Position numbers and translations under genes: made by a program | Shown here: one piece after another, positions 1-14,227 of the stretch | Numbering within the stretch: position 1 is the stretch's first letter | Layout: each line of letters opens with the position of its first letter | The notes under the pieces: model-generated | Seen by the model: the letters and a program-made list of their open reading frames with translations, nothing else | Databases searched by the model: none | What the model was told of the DNA's origin: nothing | Origin: Octopus bimaculoides | Taxonomy: Eukaryota | Reading direction: 5' to 3' | DNA: 64,000 nt | Assembly: GCF_001194135.2 (NCBI RefSeq) | Contig: NC_068999.1 | Coordinates: 31,973,597 to 32,037,596 of the forward strand

Positions 1-9
1 TATATATAC

Positions 10-56
<47 letters not shown>

Positions 57-117
57 TGTGTGTGCATCTATGTATATATGTATGTGTGTGTATGTGTAGG
101 AACTCGTATCATGTCAG

Positions 118-169
<52 letters not shown>

Positions 170-174
170 GTATG

Positions 175-335
175 ACAGGTTTCCTTCAGCTTCTATCTAC
201 CATATCCACTCACTAGGCTTTGGTCAGTACAAGGCCATAGTAGAAGACACTTGCCCAAGGTACCATGCAGTAAAACTGAACCTGGAACCATGTGGTTGTA
301 GAGCAAGCTTCTTACCACACAGCCACACCTATGAT
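175..335 (-). mobile_element. tRNA-derived SINE family A, 5' part
   Basis: Reverse strand reads GTGGCTGTGTGGTAAGAAGCTTGC..GGTTCCAGGTTCAGTTTTACTGC..CCTTGGGCAAGTGTCTTCTACTA, with Pol III A/B-box-like motifs. It aligns by eye with copies at 4.1, 17.4 and 18.8 kb. Confidence 0.8.
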
Positions 336-899
336 GTAAACAGCAAGAAAACTGCAGCAGAGCTGCATGATAGTGGTGTCTGACATGGCATGAAAAGCAT
401 CATATAACTTGTTTTTTTTCTTCTGTTCTGTTTTACCTTGACATGCACATTGCGCTTTTATTCTTCTCTTCTGTTTTACGAATTCAGCATGCACATGGGC
501 ATTGCATTTTCACACTTCTCTTTCCAGTTCCTATCAAAACTGTTTACAGATCACATCCATCTCACGAACCTGCATTAGGAAAAAAATATTAAAAAGAGGC
601 AATAAACAAGGCTGACATGCAGTTGCTACTTTTACTGTATTAAAGAACAAATGAAACCAAACTGAATAATTTGAAACTGTATTTTATTAAATTTAATTAT
701 AAAGGATGGACAGATTCCTTGATAGGCATTTTTCCAGACAATTAAAAGCATAACAGTCATTAAAAGTCAGTTCATGAACTAGTAACAAACCGTTACCAAT
801 AATTTTTTAATTCTTACAAAAAATTGAAAATGAACAATTTTTGCATTACAAGATTCTTTATTGAAAGTAATGTGAAAAGTAGTAACAGCAAATGATTTT

Positions 900-2700
900 G
901 CACAGTTATATTATCTTTTAATGTATTATCAACACAACTTCTCTGTCTGGTGCAATGCATTCTAGCACAAACATCTTGAGTTTAACATTTGTTATCTTTA
1001 ACTGCAAGTCACCTAGCCTGGTTATAGCCAGTCTATTAATATTTTCATATAACAAGGTATTAATGTGGCTGAAACTAGGTACTACTTTGGTAAGGCAAGC
1101 AAAATCAACTTCAAGTGTTTCCATTGATTGGGATAAGATGTCACTAAACCTTGATGATATCACAGATTTACTGTGAAGCCAATACTATGGCATCATTGTT
1201 ATTTTGTAAACTTATCAAGTTTTCCTGCACATCGTCTCCGCAATCAATTACTAGAACTTCAAATGGGTTTTTTATACCAAACTGGGACAGGTAATGCCAT
1301 ATCCTGAAATCACCGTACCATAACATCTGGTAATGATTGCAAATAATTAAGATATGTAATGGCATTCTTGTCAACCAATTAATCTTTCAAGCTATTCAAT
1401 CGTTGAAATTGGTAGAGCAGACATTTTGAAACATTCATCTTAAATAATGTTAATTTCGAAATGAAGGCAATGACGAACAATTTACAATTGACAAAAGTTA
1501 TTTGCTTTCCTTGCAATAACGTATCGAGATTATTTAATATAGCAAATATGTCACTAAGCACAAAAATGTCACATTTTGAAGAAATCAGAGAAGTGGAGAG
1601 TAGAGTATTTTGAAAAAAATTTATTATATCAAACAATTTGACAAAGCGAACAACAGAGTTGCCATTTGACAACCATCGTACTTCAGTATGGTACAAAAAT
1701 CTCACATAGTCATGTCATCTAAATTATCAAGGCACAGTTGATAGAGAATTCATTCAGACAAAAAAACTTTGGTTTTATCTTCTTCACAGTTTTAATAACT
1801 AACCACAATACATCACTAGACCTGCCATTGATATTTTTTCACACTAAATACTGCTGCCGGTGAGTCACACACTGAACTGTTAAAACAAGATGTGAAAGTT
1901 TAAGAGAAAAAAGAAGCCTCTTTTTCAACCTACCATAGCAGGTATTCCATCAGATGCACAAGCATGGGATATGCTCATTAAAAAATACCTTCAATAAATC
2001 TATAATAGACGTACTTTTTGAGTCATGCTACAAAAATTAAAAAAAATATCATTTAGCATTGACTTGCTACACCTGTTTATTTGTCAACTTGTGTGGAAAA
2101 ATCCAGAGATTATAGATGAGTGGATGTTTGATGTCAGTGGTCATTCCCTCTATACGTCAAGAAATTGTTTCATTACTAAGTGGAATTATCTTGAATATTG
2201 TCAGACATTTTATGCATTACTGTCAGGGTGAAGTAATATGTATGACGCACCGACCCTGTGTCCAGTAATGCAATGTTGTACAACACAATCATCTCATTAT
2301 CTTGCTGCATAGTTGCTTATTAAAATTCCGAGATCAATGTTTTCCACTTTTTGAATGAGAATGTAAGAAATATGACAAAGGTTTTTCCCTTCTGGTAAGA
2401 ATGCTTAGAATATAAATGATACTTTAAACATGAAGGCTTTGTTGCTTAAAAGTTGGTCGCACATAAGACACATAGGTAGTTGGCTGTTCTGAGCTGAAGC
2501 AATAAAGTTGTAAAATAAGTAATCAAGGCAGTATTGGCAACAAATTTTCTTAAATGGAGACATTGGGGTGTTTAAAAATTATACAATGCACTGAGAAAAT
2601 AGTAGGAACAATAGGTAACAAAATTTTCATTCGCCAAGTTATATTGTTAATTGAAATGTGTTTTCAATAATCGAAAAATATGAGTGTTGTGATCAATATA
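900..2700 (-). mobile_element. Decayed hAT transposase (Charlie/Buster, ZBED5/SCAND3-like)
   Basis: ORF 1379-1705 contains LYHTEVRWLS..LSDIF..LN.L...LQGK, typical of Buster-type hAT catalytic regions. ORF 918-1163 resembles the C-terminal dimerisation region. Many stops; ends not defined. Confidence 0.8.
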
Positions 2701-3074
2701 ATCCAACAACTTGAAGAGGTTGTTTATGTAAACATGCATACTGGGGTGTAAACAGGCCCCTTCTTGAGATTCTCATATTTTGTCTGGTATTGTCGTCCAT
2801 GCCTCCCTGTCTACAACCTGTCACCTATGTCAATTTTATGTGTGATGTCTCAGTGCTGGCGGCATCAGTATTTATCCCACAGTCACTTCTTAATTTTACT
2901 GGCAAAGTTGTGTTTGATCTTCTCTTATCTAATCTATATTAAGAAAAAGAAAATGTTATTTCACCTAAAGAACTATCTGAATGTTATTGCTGCTTCTCAA
3001 AATTATAGAAAACACCAAAAAGCTCCTTGTTTGCAGGTATAATTATATCTTATCAAAGAAAATGGGCCAGTTAT

Positions 3075-3770
3075 TTTGGATCTTTTCCATTTGGCTGCCA
3101 AGGCTTCAAAAATTAAAGTTTATGAAAAATTTTAAAATTTGGTACATTAATGTACCGAGCTGAATTGCAGGAGCTATTTCACTTTTCCCAGAAAAATATT
3201 TTTTTAAGTTTTAGAGGTTTAGAGTTTGATAATTTTCACCCAGTCAAGAAACGGAATTTGGAAACTGTCATTTGTGAAAATTTTGAAAATAGCACATGTT
3301 GTCAATATCTGTATTCTACACATAGAAAATGAGCAAACAACACATCTTTTGTAGTTTTAAGCATTCAATATGCATTTAATGCAATAAACAGCACATTACA
3401 AATAAAATATTTAAAAAAAAAAAAAAACATTTAAGCATTCAATATGCATTTTGGTGAGTAAAACAGTAGAACACAGCATCATCAACTAGTGATTTCAATA
3501 TATTTGTCAACATGTACTTTCTCGCAGACAAAAGAGTTCTCATGTTCAGCTTGTTATTATGGAAACAAGCATGAATGTGTCTGTGGCTTATAATTGGCTA
3601 AAATTACCAAAATTTCCAAATTTTAATAGCTAATAATTCTTTACTTATTGATTTATAGTGAAGATGATTTTCATGGCATTGATTAGCCTATAAAAGTATA
3701 TCATTACACTGAATATGAAATCAATTCAAACAGAAATTGAAATTGGCAGCCAAACAGGAAAGATCTGTTA
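3075..3770. mobile_element. Non-autonomous TIR element (MITE-like)
   Basis: Imperfect inverted repeats GATCTTTTCCATTTGGCTGCCAA (~3080) and TTGGCAGCCAAACAGGAAAGATC (~3740) flank a non-coding AT-rich interior. Confidence 0.4.
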
Positions 3771-4029
3771 TTCCTCTTTAGCCTCTTATTATTATTTTAT
3801 ATCTACCACATATATTTTTAAACATACATGTTTACTATTGACTTCCAGTAATGCATGCTCAAGGACCTCTTTTACATTGAGCCCTGACCGGAGTACATTT
3901 TGTGCACATGCGTGACAGCAATATGATTTCCCCTCCTCACCTACTTTTAATTAATTTTTACTTGGCAAACATCATTTATTGGGAACACATCTTCAAATTC
4001 ATTTGTTATTTGTGTGTGGTACAAGCCAT

Positions 4030-4425
4030 TCTTTACTTGTTTCAATCATTTGGCTATGGCCATGCTGGAACACTGCCTTTAGTCAAACAAATCAACGTCA
4101 GGACTTATTCCTTGTAAGCCTAGTACTTATTCTATCGATTTCTTTTGCCGAACCACTAAGTTACAGGGATGTAAACACACCAACATCGTTTGTCAAGCGA
4201 TGGTAGGGGGACAAATATATACACGCACACACACACACACACACACACATACATGTATATATATATATATCTAATACGGATTTCTTTGAGTTTCCATCTA
4301 CCAAATCCCTTCACAAGGCTTTGGTCAGCCCAAGGCTATAGTGGAAGATACTTGCCCAAGGTGCCACATAGTGGGACTGAACCCGGAACTATGTGGTTGA
4401 GAAGCAAGCTTCTTTCCACACAGCC
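4030..4425 (-). mobile_element. tRNA-derived SINE family A, near full length with (CA)n/(TA)n interior
   Basis: tRNA-like head (GGCTGTGTGG..GGTTCAGTCCC), shared core CCTTGGGCAAGT, and tail ..TGATTGAAACAAGTAAAGA on the minus strand. Confidence 0.85.
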
Positions 4426-4859
4426 ATGCCTACATATTTATTATCATTAATACTGTGTTTTCTTCCTGCTTATTTAATACAAATAATATTTCGTTTTAAA
4501 GCCTGTTTCAGTTTGCTGACAACATTTTGTGTCCTTTTTTCATTGAATATTCTTCATTTATTCATCATTGTTTTTTAACATATATGCACGTTTTGTTAAC
4601 AACTGCTTTGCAATATTTCATTTTATAACTGTCTGCTTTAAAATTTACATTCTCAAATGTTTGCATGCTTTGCCTGCATTTATATAAGAATTAATATTTC
4701 ATTGCTTTAACTACAGTATTTTAGTATTTTTAGTATTTTTCTTTTCTACACAAGAAATACTAAGATTAAATTGCTATTGTATATCTATATGTCGGCTTGC
4801 TTTGCTTATCATATAACTGCATGTTATAATATTAAAAAAAAAAAAGAACAATATGTATA

Positions 4860-6350
4860 TAGATAAACAAGAAAATTGCAGCAAAGCTGCATGAAAAAGT
4901 TTTTTCATAGAAGAAAATTGAAAAGTCTTACCACTCAATTATGATCTGATCTGTTGCACTCTTTGACTGTCTTTCTGTGGATGTATACTTGATTTCTGCA
5001 TGGAAAGCAGTTAGTAACTGATTAAACCAATGTTCTTTGGTGTCAGACGTGGCATGAAAAACATCATATAACTTGTTAAGCATATATTTTATGTGATGTC
5101 TCAATGGTGCACCTTTCTTGCTCCTTTTTTAATGGTCTTTAGCTATACATTGGTGCCAGGGGACTGTCCATGAACCCAACAGTGTAGAATTTAAATTTCT
5201 AAATCTATTTAAGTCATATGATAAACTGTTTAACCTTTGCTGTTCAAGTTCAACTGTTTTAAGAACATCTGATTTGAAAAAAAACCTCATTAATGTGACA
5301 TAAGTTGGCAATGGGAATAGTGACAAATCCAACATCTGCTGGTGGGTTAACAAATTTTTCAATTTATGAAATTTTTCAATTTATGAATAATATCCTGTTC
5401 TGAGGGATGACAAACAGACAACACCAGATTAATTTTTAGTTAGAATATCATTGAATACCTGCTGCAATCATAATGAATAATTGTTTATGGACTGACAAAG
5501 AATTGAGAATATTACATGCTTTTTTAGTTAGTATGTCAATTGTGGCACCTTGCTTGATAATATAAAATATGACAATATCCTCTGGTTGCTTGTAGTTGTT
5601 AAAATTATTGCACCTAGAGTCCCTCACAAAAACACAGGTTCTTCGCCTGGGATTCTGGGAAAATGCATGTTATTTTCAGAGAATTATGGGAAACCAAAGT
5701 GGTTCACTTAAAATGGCAGAAACTATGGGAACAGTAGTTAATAAGTGCTAGGTGCTCAATATCTTGTCAGAACTGTAAAACGAGCATATATGCATTTCAA
5801 GGGTATAAAAATCATGAAATATAAACAACAAAATATATTATTTTATAGAACTTTTAACTGATGTATTTTAGCTTCTGGAGTTCACAAGACAGTCAAGTCT
5901 CTATTTCCATAAATTTTTAAATAATTGTCCTTGTTTCTATTTATAAGAATAGTATTGTCATCTTGCTGTATAGCCTTTATTTTGGGGTTATTTTCTGACG
6001 TCATTTTGACATTTCCAGTAGGTGGCAGTATAGTTGCATAGAAACAGGGATTTCCTTTGTCAATATAAACAATTCTTTCATTTTTCAGCTTTTCTTAATC
6101 TTATAGAAACATGCTGTTATCTGCATAATAGAAACATCAAGATGTGATATGTGCTTTGCGTTTTTATTCTTGTCTTCCGTTTTATGAATCCAGTGTGTTT
6201 ATACTTCTCTTTCCGGTTCCTACTCAAAACTGTTTCAGGGTCATAACCATCTCACAGTCATGTAGAGTGCTTTGTACTTCGATGATTGTGAAAAAAAGCA
6301 CAATACACTCCTTTTGTTCCAATTGCATCAAAAGTGTGGCAATGATGTGA
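4860..6350. repeat. Old interspersed repeat related to 340-600
   Basis: Segments GGTGTC(T/A)GAC(A/G)TGGCATGAAAA..CATCATATAACTTG and ..CTTCTCTTTCC(A/G)GTTCCTA..CAAAACTGTTT occur at 340-570 and again at about 5040-5080 and 6150-6260. Confidence 0.5.
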
Positions 6351-6799
6351 ACATGATAGGCTTAATTTTTGATTATGCATAAACCAAATGAAAACAGGAT
6401 AACAGAATTTACAATGATATTGTGTTTAGTAACAAATATAAACTGTATCAAAAAATGCATTGAAGTATGTGTGCAAATTTATTGCCAGTATATTTTATAA
6501 AATGCACATTCTATTAACATAATTAAAAAAATTTCAAATTAGTACATCAGCTCTAATCCAACAGACACATCATCAACGAATAAGACCTTTATATAGTCGC
6601 TGAAGATGCTAGAAATAGCAGCCAAATCTCCCTTAAACCACACCTTATAGGAAGACATGGGATAAAGTGGTGAAAACTGACCTCAGGCCTCTGAGATTAA
6701 GGGATGAGATGACAAAAGATGGGACTTCTGGCAATACAAGGTTCTCAAAAAGTCTCAACCTCCTCAGCATAATAAGTGCAGATATTTAAGCAGTGTTTA

Positions 6800-8400
6800 T
6801 ACACAAGAGTTTTAAATGGTTATTCCAGAAGACAAAATGCATTCCTGCAATTGGTAAACAAACCTGCAATCATCCAGCTGCAGAAGTTGCAGTAATTATT
6901 CCAGATGTTTGGAAACAGTACAGCCACAAAGACATCTGACACAGTGTAAAAGGTATGTTCCTGATGAATCACTCCTTCAAACAATCAATCCAGTGCATCC
7001 AAATTAAGACCCACTGCAGTTCCCATTGCCAATTTCATTTGGTGATGAGGGATAGAGAGTCAACTTTTGATGTTGGAAGTAAGAGTCATGAAACATCACA
7101 GATGGATTTTTACAAATATAGGCTCATGGTTTGGGAAATTTTTCAAAATACACATGATTACATGTATTCCCATAGCTCAAATATTGGCAAAAAAGTAATT
7201 ATACCTCCAACATTCATAAGAGGCCCACAATGGATACAGAAATTATACCAAGACTTTATGGCAATTGTTCAAACATTAAGGAAACCAAATTTCTTCATCA
7301 CTTTCACCTGTAATCCCTAATAGAAAGAAAAATCACAGACAGACAGACACTAGCTGACAACTGACAGAGTATTTGATGTGAAACTTAGGGATCTTTTACA
7401 TGATATTTGCAAAAGATTGTAGGGCAAATGTAGACTATAGACTTTCAAAAGCATAGACTTCATCTTTGTCATATGTTGTTCATATTAAAAAACGTTAAAT
7501 CCACATTATGAAAAGTCTGTTTATGCAAATTTTCCAAATCCATAAACAAAACCAATTCTATTTCAACATGTCATCAAAAGAATGCTACATGGTCCATGTG
7601 AGAGAGATAAACCCAATGCAACATGTATGGTTGATGGGAAATGTAAAAAAGCATTTCCCAAAAAACTCTCAGGAAAACACATTACACACTTATAACCGCT
7701 ACTCACGTTACTCGTGTTCAAATAATGGTTCTACATTTACAAAATCAAATGTCAAATTAGATAATTGTTATGAAGTACCAGATTCTCCCTTCTTTTTTGT
7801 CAAATATGGAGATCATTGTAATTTAGAGATATCTGAATCTTTAAAATCAGTTAAGTATATTAGCAAATATATTCATAAAGGTTGTGATCGGGTGACAGTC
7901 AATATTAGTGGACAAACCAATGCACAAAAAAAGGAAAAACACATGAAGATGAAATTGAAAATTATATTAATGGAAACTCTGTAGCCTCATCAGAAGCAGT
8001 CTGGAGGATTTGGGGTTTCAAATTATATGGTTCATATCCTCCAGGCCAACATCATACAGTTCATTCATCCCAACAACAAAGTACCCCATGCACTTGATAG
8101 ATGTGAGTTAACTGTGGATCACCAGCTAAGTCATTTGCATGTACGTTATACTATGCTGATTTCCTGAATTTTACACATGGAATAATATTGAGAAAATGTG
8201 GCATCTCAGAAAATATAATACACACACAATTCAGAATATCTTTGTTTCACCAAAGGAACAGGAGAAATTCTGAGAGCTTTATTGCATCATATTCCTGGAG
8301 CTTAATCATTTGAGGGTATGAGAACTATTAATGGTGTAGCTTTCCATACTTAGAAAGAGGCTTCAATGAAACTGGGCTTAGCACATGATGACCATGAATA
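6800..8400 (+). mobile_element. Decayed Helitron Rep domain
   Basis: ORFs 6955-7320 and 7508-7984 contain GKKVIIPPTFIRGPQWIQKLYQDFMAIV..KPNFFITFTCNP and HCNLEI..SLKSVKYISKYIHKGCDR, followed by ASSEAVWRI. These are conserved Helitron Rep motifs, frameshifted here. Confidence 0.9.
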
Positions 8401-8679
8401 CTATCTAACTCTGGAGTTTGCTAATGTTTCAGCAACTCCTATCAGCTGCAAAGACTTTTCTGTTCTGACAGATTATTTACAGCATTTGAAAGGTAACTTT
8501 TAGAAGATTAAATGAGTGCTTTAGAATTAGAAGATAACAATGATAACATACAGCATACATTACAAAAAGCTGAACTTATTTTTAAGAGAACATTAAACAA
8601 TTCCCCTCTCTATGAGTACACCAAATATGAATACTGTTATACTTTAACCTCTCCTCACTCAAAGGGTCTTCATCTTGAA

Positions 8680-8900
8680 AGTTACTTGGAGACCCCACCA
8701 GTGCTGGTGCCACATTTAAAGCACACAGTACTTTCTGTGAAGTGGCTGGCATTAGGAAGGGCATTCAGCCATAGAAACCATGCCAAAGCACACATTGGAG
8801 CCTGGCATAGTTTTCTGTCTTGCCAGCTCCTGCCAAACTGTCCAACCTATTCCAGCATGGAAAACGGACATTAAACGATGATGATGATGATTATGATGAT
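8680..8900 (+). mobile_element. RTE-LINE 3' tail fragment
   Basis: ..GGCATTAGGAAGGGCATTCAGCC..CCAGCATGGAAAACGGACATTAAACGATGATGATG; same tail family as the RTE at 48.6-52.4 kb. Confidence 0.75.
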
Positions 8901-9689
8901 TTCATTGAGAATGGACAAATTACATAATCAATAATGAAATCATACTTATGCAATAACTTTCTTAACACAACCATCTCCATCAAAAAAAAAAAACGATTCA
9001 GCAGAAATATATCATCAGCAACATTTAATATCTGTTTTTCATGATGGCATGGGTTGGTTAGTAACAATATACAGCAATAGATTCAAAAACAAATATTCAT
9101 CCCGGTACATGTATTTCTTTAAAGTTCTTTTTCATCATGTCATTCTTAATAGTTTTTTTCAAAATTAATATTATTTTTTCATTTACATTCATTAATACTT
9201 TCACATAATGAATAAAAATTTATACAACAACACAAAGAACAAACAATACAGATCCATCACAACCATTATGAAGGTACCAGACTTTCGAGCATAATTTGCA
9301 GAATTTTCCTATGAAACAAACATACTTGATGGACTCACAAAAATGTCAGGAATAACATGGGGATTATATAATAATCTAAGAAAACCCATGCATAACATGT
9401 AATAGCTGCAGTAACAATATACATAAAAAATATATTCAGTAATAATTCCAGAATACTTTTAACAGTGATATGATTTGGATCTTTTCTGTTCAGTACCCAT
9501 GCATTATTTTCTCAATGAACTGGTCCATTTTTTTATTATATTGTTGTGATAGAATTTACCATGCTCCTTGGGGAAAGATCTACATCAGCTCTTATTTCAT
9601 GCTTCTCCTCAGGTTAATTAATTACCTATCTTGCTGCTTTTATTTTTGTGCTCACAAACATCAGTAAAATAGTTACTGGTCTCTTTCTT

Positions 9690-11860
9690 CTGTTGCAAAC
9701 GTTGTTTCTGCATCAGATTAAGGACTATGGCCACCATCCTTGCAAGGGAAGTATAACCTGTCTACAGCTCCATTGACGTTGAAGTTTCCAGCAGCACTGA
9801 GCAGCTTACAAGTTTGTATGAATATCACATTGAGCTCTTGCAATGATCAGCTTAGAAGCCAAATGTGGGTGCGGGGATAGACGATGTGAAGGTGTTGTGG
9901 GTGATATAGAGTTAAGAAGATATCTTTTAACAGTCTTGTGGTATTCAATCCTTCTTCTTTCCTCATTGATGAGTCTATCATAGATGATATTCTCATCCTG
10001 TTCAAGCTACTTGTAGCTTTCACCAGAAAGTAAAAGCTGAATTTTTAGGTTTTTCATTTTCAGTCACTTGGAAGAAGGCTCAAGTTTCCCATGTTTCACC
10101 ATCAAACAGTGAACATCTGAACTGACCAAATTTCATTCCAAGGATTGAGTTATGAAACCCAGATGCTTTTTGAGGTGGTTTATACAGTTTCAAGTCATCA
10201 ACAAAGAAAAGATGAATGATATTACTGGGCCCATTCCTATAGCTGCTATGTTTTGTGATCAGGTATTATAGGGAGTCTAATGAAAGAACAAAAAGCAGTA
10301 TTGCTTTTTGGTAATATATGGTGTCAGATTTGATGTGTTCATTGTTGCCTCTAAGAAGTAGGGAGGTGTAATAGTTTCTGGGTAGATGGTGGATTGCAGC
10401 TACTAGTGGTTATGGGAATTTAGCTTAATTGCAATGTTATGTTAATCCACCCATGTGATTTAATATCAAAGTCCAGCCACACCACAGCCAAGCTTCTGCA
10501 GTTCTTCACTATTCTTTCTCGTATCATTTTATTAATCAGTAGGTGCTCAATGTAGCTCCATACTCCCTCCCTTCCCCCAGCTTGTTCAGGATTTATAATA
10601 TTTTTGGTGGTGCAATGGTCCAATAGAAGTAGAACAGAGCAGCCTGCATACATCTTATACATGATGTTTTGGCAGGCTATTAGGAGGTAATATTTAGCTT
10701 TGATGGTTTAACTATTTTGCGGGATGAGAAGAGTGATGGCAATTGACAGCCATAAGAGTACATTTAACATGCCCTTCATACTCTCCCCATAAACTGTTGC
10801 TAAATTTCACCTATAAAAATTGAGTTTTGAACCAATATGCTTTAATAAGATCTGGGCCTGGAGACTTCCTGCTTGGTGTTTTTTTAGGATGGTTTCTCAT
10901 ACCGCACTGTCAAATTTTGCCTATTCATTCAGCTTTTGTGTTAGATTTATCATTCCTTTCCTGTTTTGATCTCAAGCAGTTGTCAACTTGTTCTGTTAAC
11001 AGGAGCTTTTTTTACTGATATTGCTTTGTTTTTGTTGAAACTATAATAAACTGATATGGGGCCTCTAGCAAACCAACTGCTCAGTATTTTCCATTTATAC
11101 TCTGTAGATTTGTATTTTGGTTTTTCAACTGTTAATTCTTGTTCAGCTGAATGTTGGAATTCAAGGTTTCAGTCCCTGGGTCTGCAAAACTGCTTTCCTA
11201 ATTTGTCCTTTTTACCATTTCTGATGTTTTGTGGATCTATTGACAGTGTTGCACTTCATAGCTATGATAATGTATGAAGAAACAGAATCTTTATTTTTCA
11301 AGTTGTGTGCCCAGTCCAGCTCCGGATATCAACACAAATCCTGCTCTTTGTAGCAAACTAGCAGCGTTATTGCTGACACATATATCATGAGATTTATAGT
11401 CGTATATGTGGCTTCTCATTCAATAAACATTAAATAGTTTCCTGGTATTTCCTTTTCTACTTCCAGTTCCAATGAAGAAGGCTCTATTTTTGTGCTTGTT
11501 TTAAACTGCCTGTCTTTAAAATTAATGTTTTGAACCTGCTGCAACATATGTTTTCCTAAAGGACTTTTAGAGAATTAAAAAGACTTCAATATTCCTTTGT
11601 TCAAGGAAGCAATCATTTGACTGATTTTGTTTTCTAGCAGGCTGACTATTTCTGTGTAACTGTATTTTGTGTTGCCATTGATAGTGTAGTTGTTGCTTCT
11701 GGATATTCTATGATCGGTGTAGTGTGGAAGAAGCAGGTTGACTATGACTACTGTCCTGTTGTTACTGGCATTAATGTTGTTGTTGTTATTGGATGTATCT
11801 ATGTTCTTCTCTTTCTATTTTTAATTTTAGAGTAAATTTTGACTGGCCACTTACTTGGTA
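9690..11860 (-). mobile_element. Decayed Dong/R4-like (RLE) non-LTR retrotransposon, RT region
   Basis: ORF 10420-10662 (EQAGGREGVWSYIEHLLINKMI..LAVVWLDF), a downstream FFVDDLKLY motif near 10.2 kb, and DRLYFPCKDGG near 9.74 kb. Confidence 0.75.
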
Positions 11861-11889
11861 GCAAGGTTGTGAATGAAAGTATCTTATTT

Positions 11890-12050
11890 TAACCATCATC
11901 CTTTAAATCTTAAGAAGATCTTGCAGATTTTTATAGTCTCAGATATCATGATCATTTGTAGCATATGAATCAAAGATTTGTATTCTGTCTCCAAGACCCC
12001 TACAAGTTCAGCCATACTTTGCTGCAGATAGGTTGGTATGTGTCTTGTTG
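11890..12050 (-). mobile_element. 3' end of a second Dong/R4-like copy in tandem
   Basis: ..LIHMLQMIMISETIKICKIFLRF* matches the C-terminus at 40.0 kb (LIQKLQIQAITGTVKICKTFQKF). Confidence 0.65.
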
Positions 12051-12052
12051 CT

Positions 12053-12180
12053 ATGTATGTATGTATGTATGTATGTATGTATGTATGTATGTATGTATGC
12101 ATGCATGCATGCATGTATGTATGTATGTATGTATGTATGTATGTATGCATGTATTTATGTATGTATGTATGTATGTACCT
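12053..12180. repeat. (TATG)n microsatellite
   Basis: Direct reading. Confidence 0.95.
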
Positions 12181-12899
12181 GCCTGTCTGACTGTGTATGT
12201 ATTGCTATCTGGAAAGTGGCCNNNNNNNNNNGCTATCTGGAAAGTGGCCGTGCATGATATGCTGAACAAAGGTAAGGAGCAATTCCATACATTGCAAAAT
12301 ATGAATACAGAAGGGCTATAGAAGGATCATAGATATACTGATAAGGAAGGTAAGATATGTACGTAGCAGATGCACAGGACTAGTTAGAAGTATGAGCACC
12401 AACGAAATAAACTCTTTCAAATGCTTAGAAGCTCCATAGATGATAGCTTGTTGTCAAGGTGATGAAAGGATTCTCATCAAGTGATTGGATGACTGTATTA
12501 TACTCATAATCAAAGGGTAATGTCAAATGGCATAGAATGGGTATAGAAAGTAAAGAATGTGTGAAGGCTAAAATGAAATGAAGTAAGCATGTTCTACTAG
12601 AAGTGCTATGCGAGTGGCCATGAATGACAGAGCACAAATGAGCTGAGAGAAAAACTGAGAGGAATGATATGAAGTATGCAAAAGAGGAGGATTGATCAGA
12701 TTCAGCTTCAGATGTCTACATAGGAAAATATTTTTACTTCTAGGAAAAAGCTTGCACAAGTAGAAAACTGAAGAATACAAGGTGTTTAGACTAAATTTGA
12801 CAGTTTGGATGAAAGGAAAAAAGAAAAACAATAACACAATATCCCATCCAAAAATAAAAGTATTTAAAATTGAGAAAAACTAGTAACTAGATTATGGCT

Positions 12900-13730
12900 G
12901 GGAGATAACAGTTTTTCAAGACAGTTCTAACACCTGGCACATGCATTTTTCAGTGTGTCCCTAATAAGATCTTTGAATACCTCCTTGATCTTGGGCACCA
13001 GTTTGGCCTTGGTGTTGCAGACAAAAGCAATTGATCTTTCTCCACCATGCTTTACACACAGTAATCCATGAAATTACAAAACAGGGAATTACAAGGCCAG
13101 AAATTGGGGCTAGTAAAGTCAAAGAAATTCTTCAACAATCACTTCTGATTCTTTCCAGAGGAATGGCAAGGAGTCAAATCCTGCTGCTGCACATTTGACT
13201 TTCCAGCAGCAAGTCTCTGCAGCCAAAGATTGACCACAGTCTCCAGAGACTTCACACAGCCTTCTGAATTAAACCTAGGACCCTGTTCAAATATGTGGGG
13301 ATGAATTCCAGCATGAAGACATAGAATACCTGCTGTGTTCCTTGCAGCTAATCACAGCTTCATAGTCTCAGTTGCAGTTGTCCAAGTTATGTCTGACAGC
13401 TTTTTCAGTGTTCTCAGAACATTGAGCAGCAGTCATGATTTTAGCATTTTGACACCCAATGCAGATCATCATGATACAAGTTACTTTTTTTCCAATATTC
13501 AGATGGCTTCCAGTCCTTTGTGTCAGTCAACTCTTTCTCAGCTGCAATTTTAATCTTTATGCACTCCAATGCCATTGACTATTCACCAATACATCAAGCT
13601 GTTCCTGATAAAAAGAGACATAAAAATTGTCAAATTTAGCCCAAATACTGTGTACATAGGCAGAAGTAATAAAGGTATGTCATCAGATGCTGAATACCAA
13701 GAAGGAAATGACAAGGAACTGCAACAAGTG
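12900..13730 (-). mobile_element. Decayed Tc1/mariner-superfamily transposase (maT/DD37D-like)
   Basis: Minus translation gives QQQDLTPCHSSGKNQK*L.KNFFDFTSPNFWPCNS..NFMDYCV, a degenerate QQDSAPCH..WPPNSPDLNPMDY motif. Confidence 0.7.
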
Positions 13731-13818
13731 GCAAGATGCTATGCTGGAGAAGTCTCAGCCAACCCATGCAACCATGGATAAATGGATGTAAAAATAATGA
13801 TGGTGGGAATAATGTGTG

Positions 13819-13894
<76 letters not shown>

Positions 13895-14227
13895 TGTTTG
13901 CTGAATCTTCACAAATTTTCAACTAACACAGAAGAATTTGAAGAAATATGTTAGAAAAAAGAATTAGCAAAGGTGAAGAACAAATATGTAATAAATTTTT
14001 GCTGACAGAAGCTAGCTGTCTGTAATCTTGGTTATAATGATAAATACGTAAGTTTTGACAAGCTCCTTCATTATGATTCTAGCAATGTTTTACAATGTTA
14101 ACCAGCAGCACAACGTCTTGCTAGCTTGGAGACACTAACCTTTTTGGAAATAGACAACATTAATTTTATGGGATTCTATCGCAACTTTAGTCTTCTTTTC
14201 TTGCCTCAGCATCAACATCATAATTAG

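Noticed and set aside
12203-12248. Direct repeat GCTATCTGGAAAGTGGCC around a 10-N gap; similar duplications at 40295-40420 and 62700-62815
   Set aside because: Identical sequence on both sides of a gap is typical of unmerged contig overlap.
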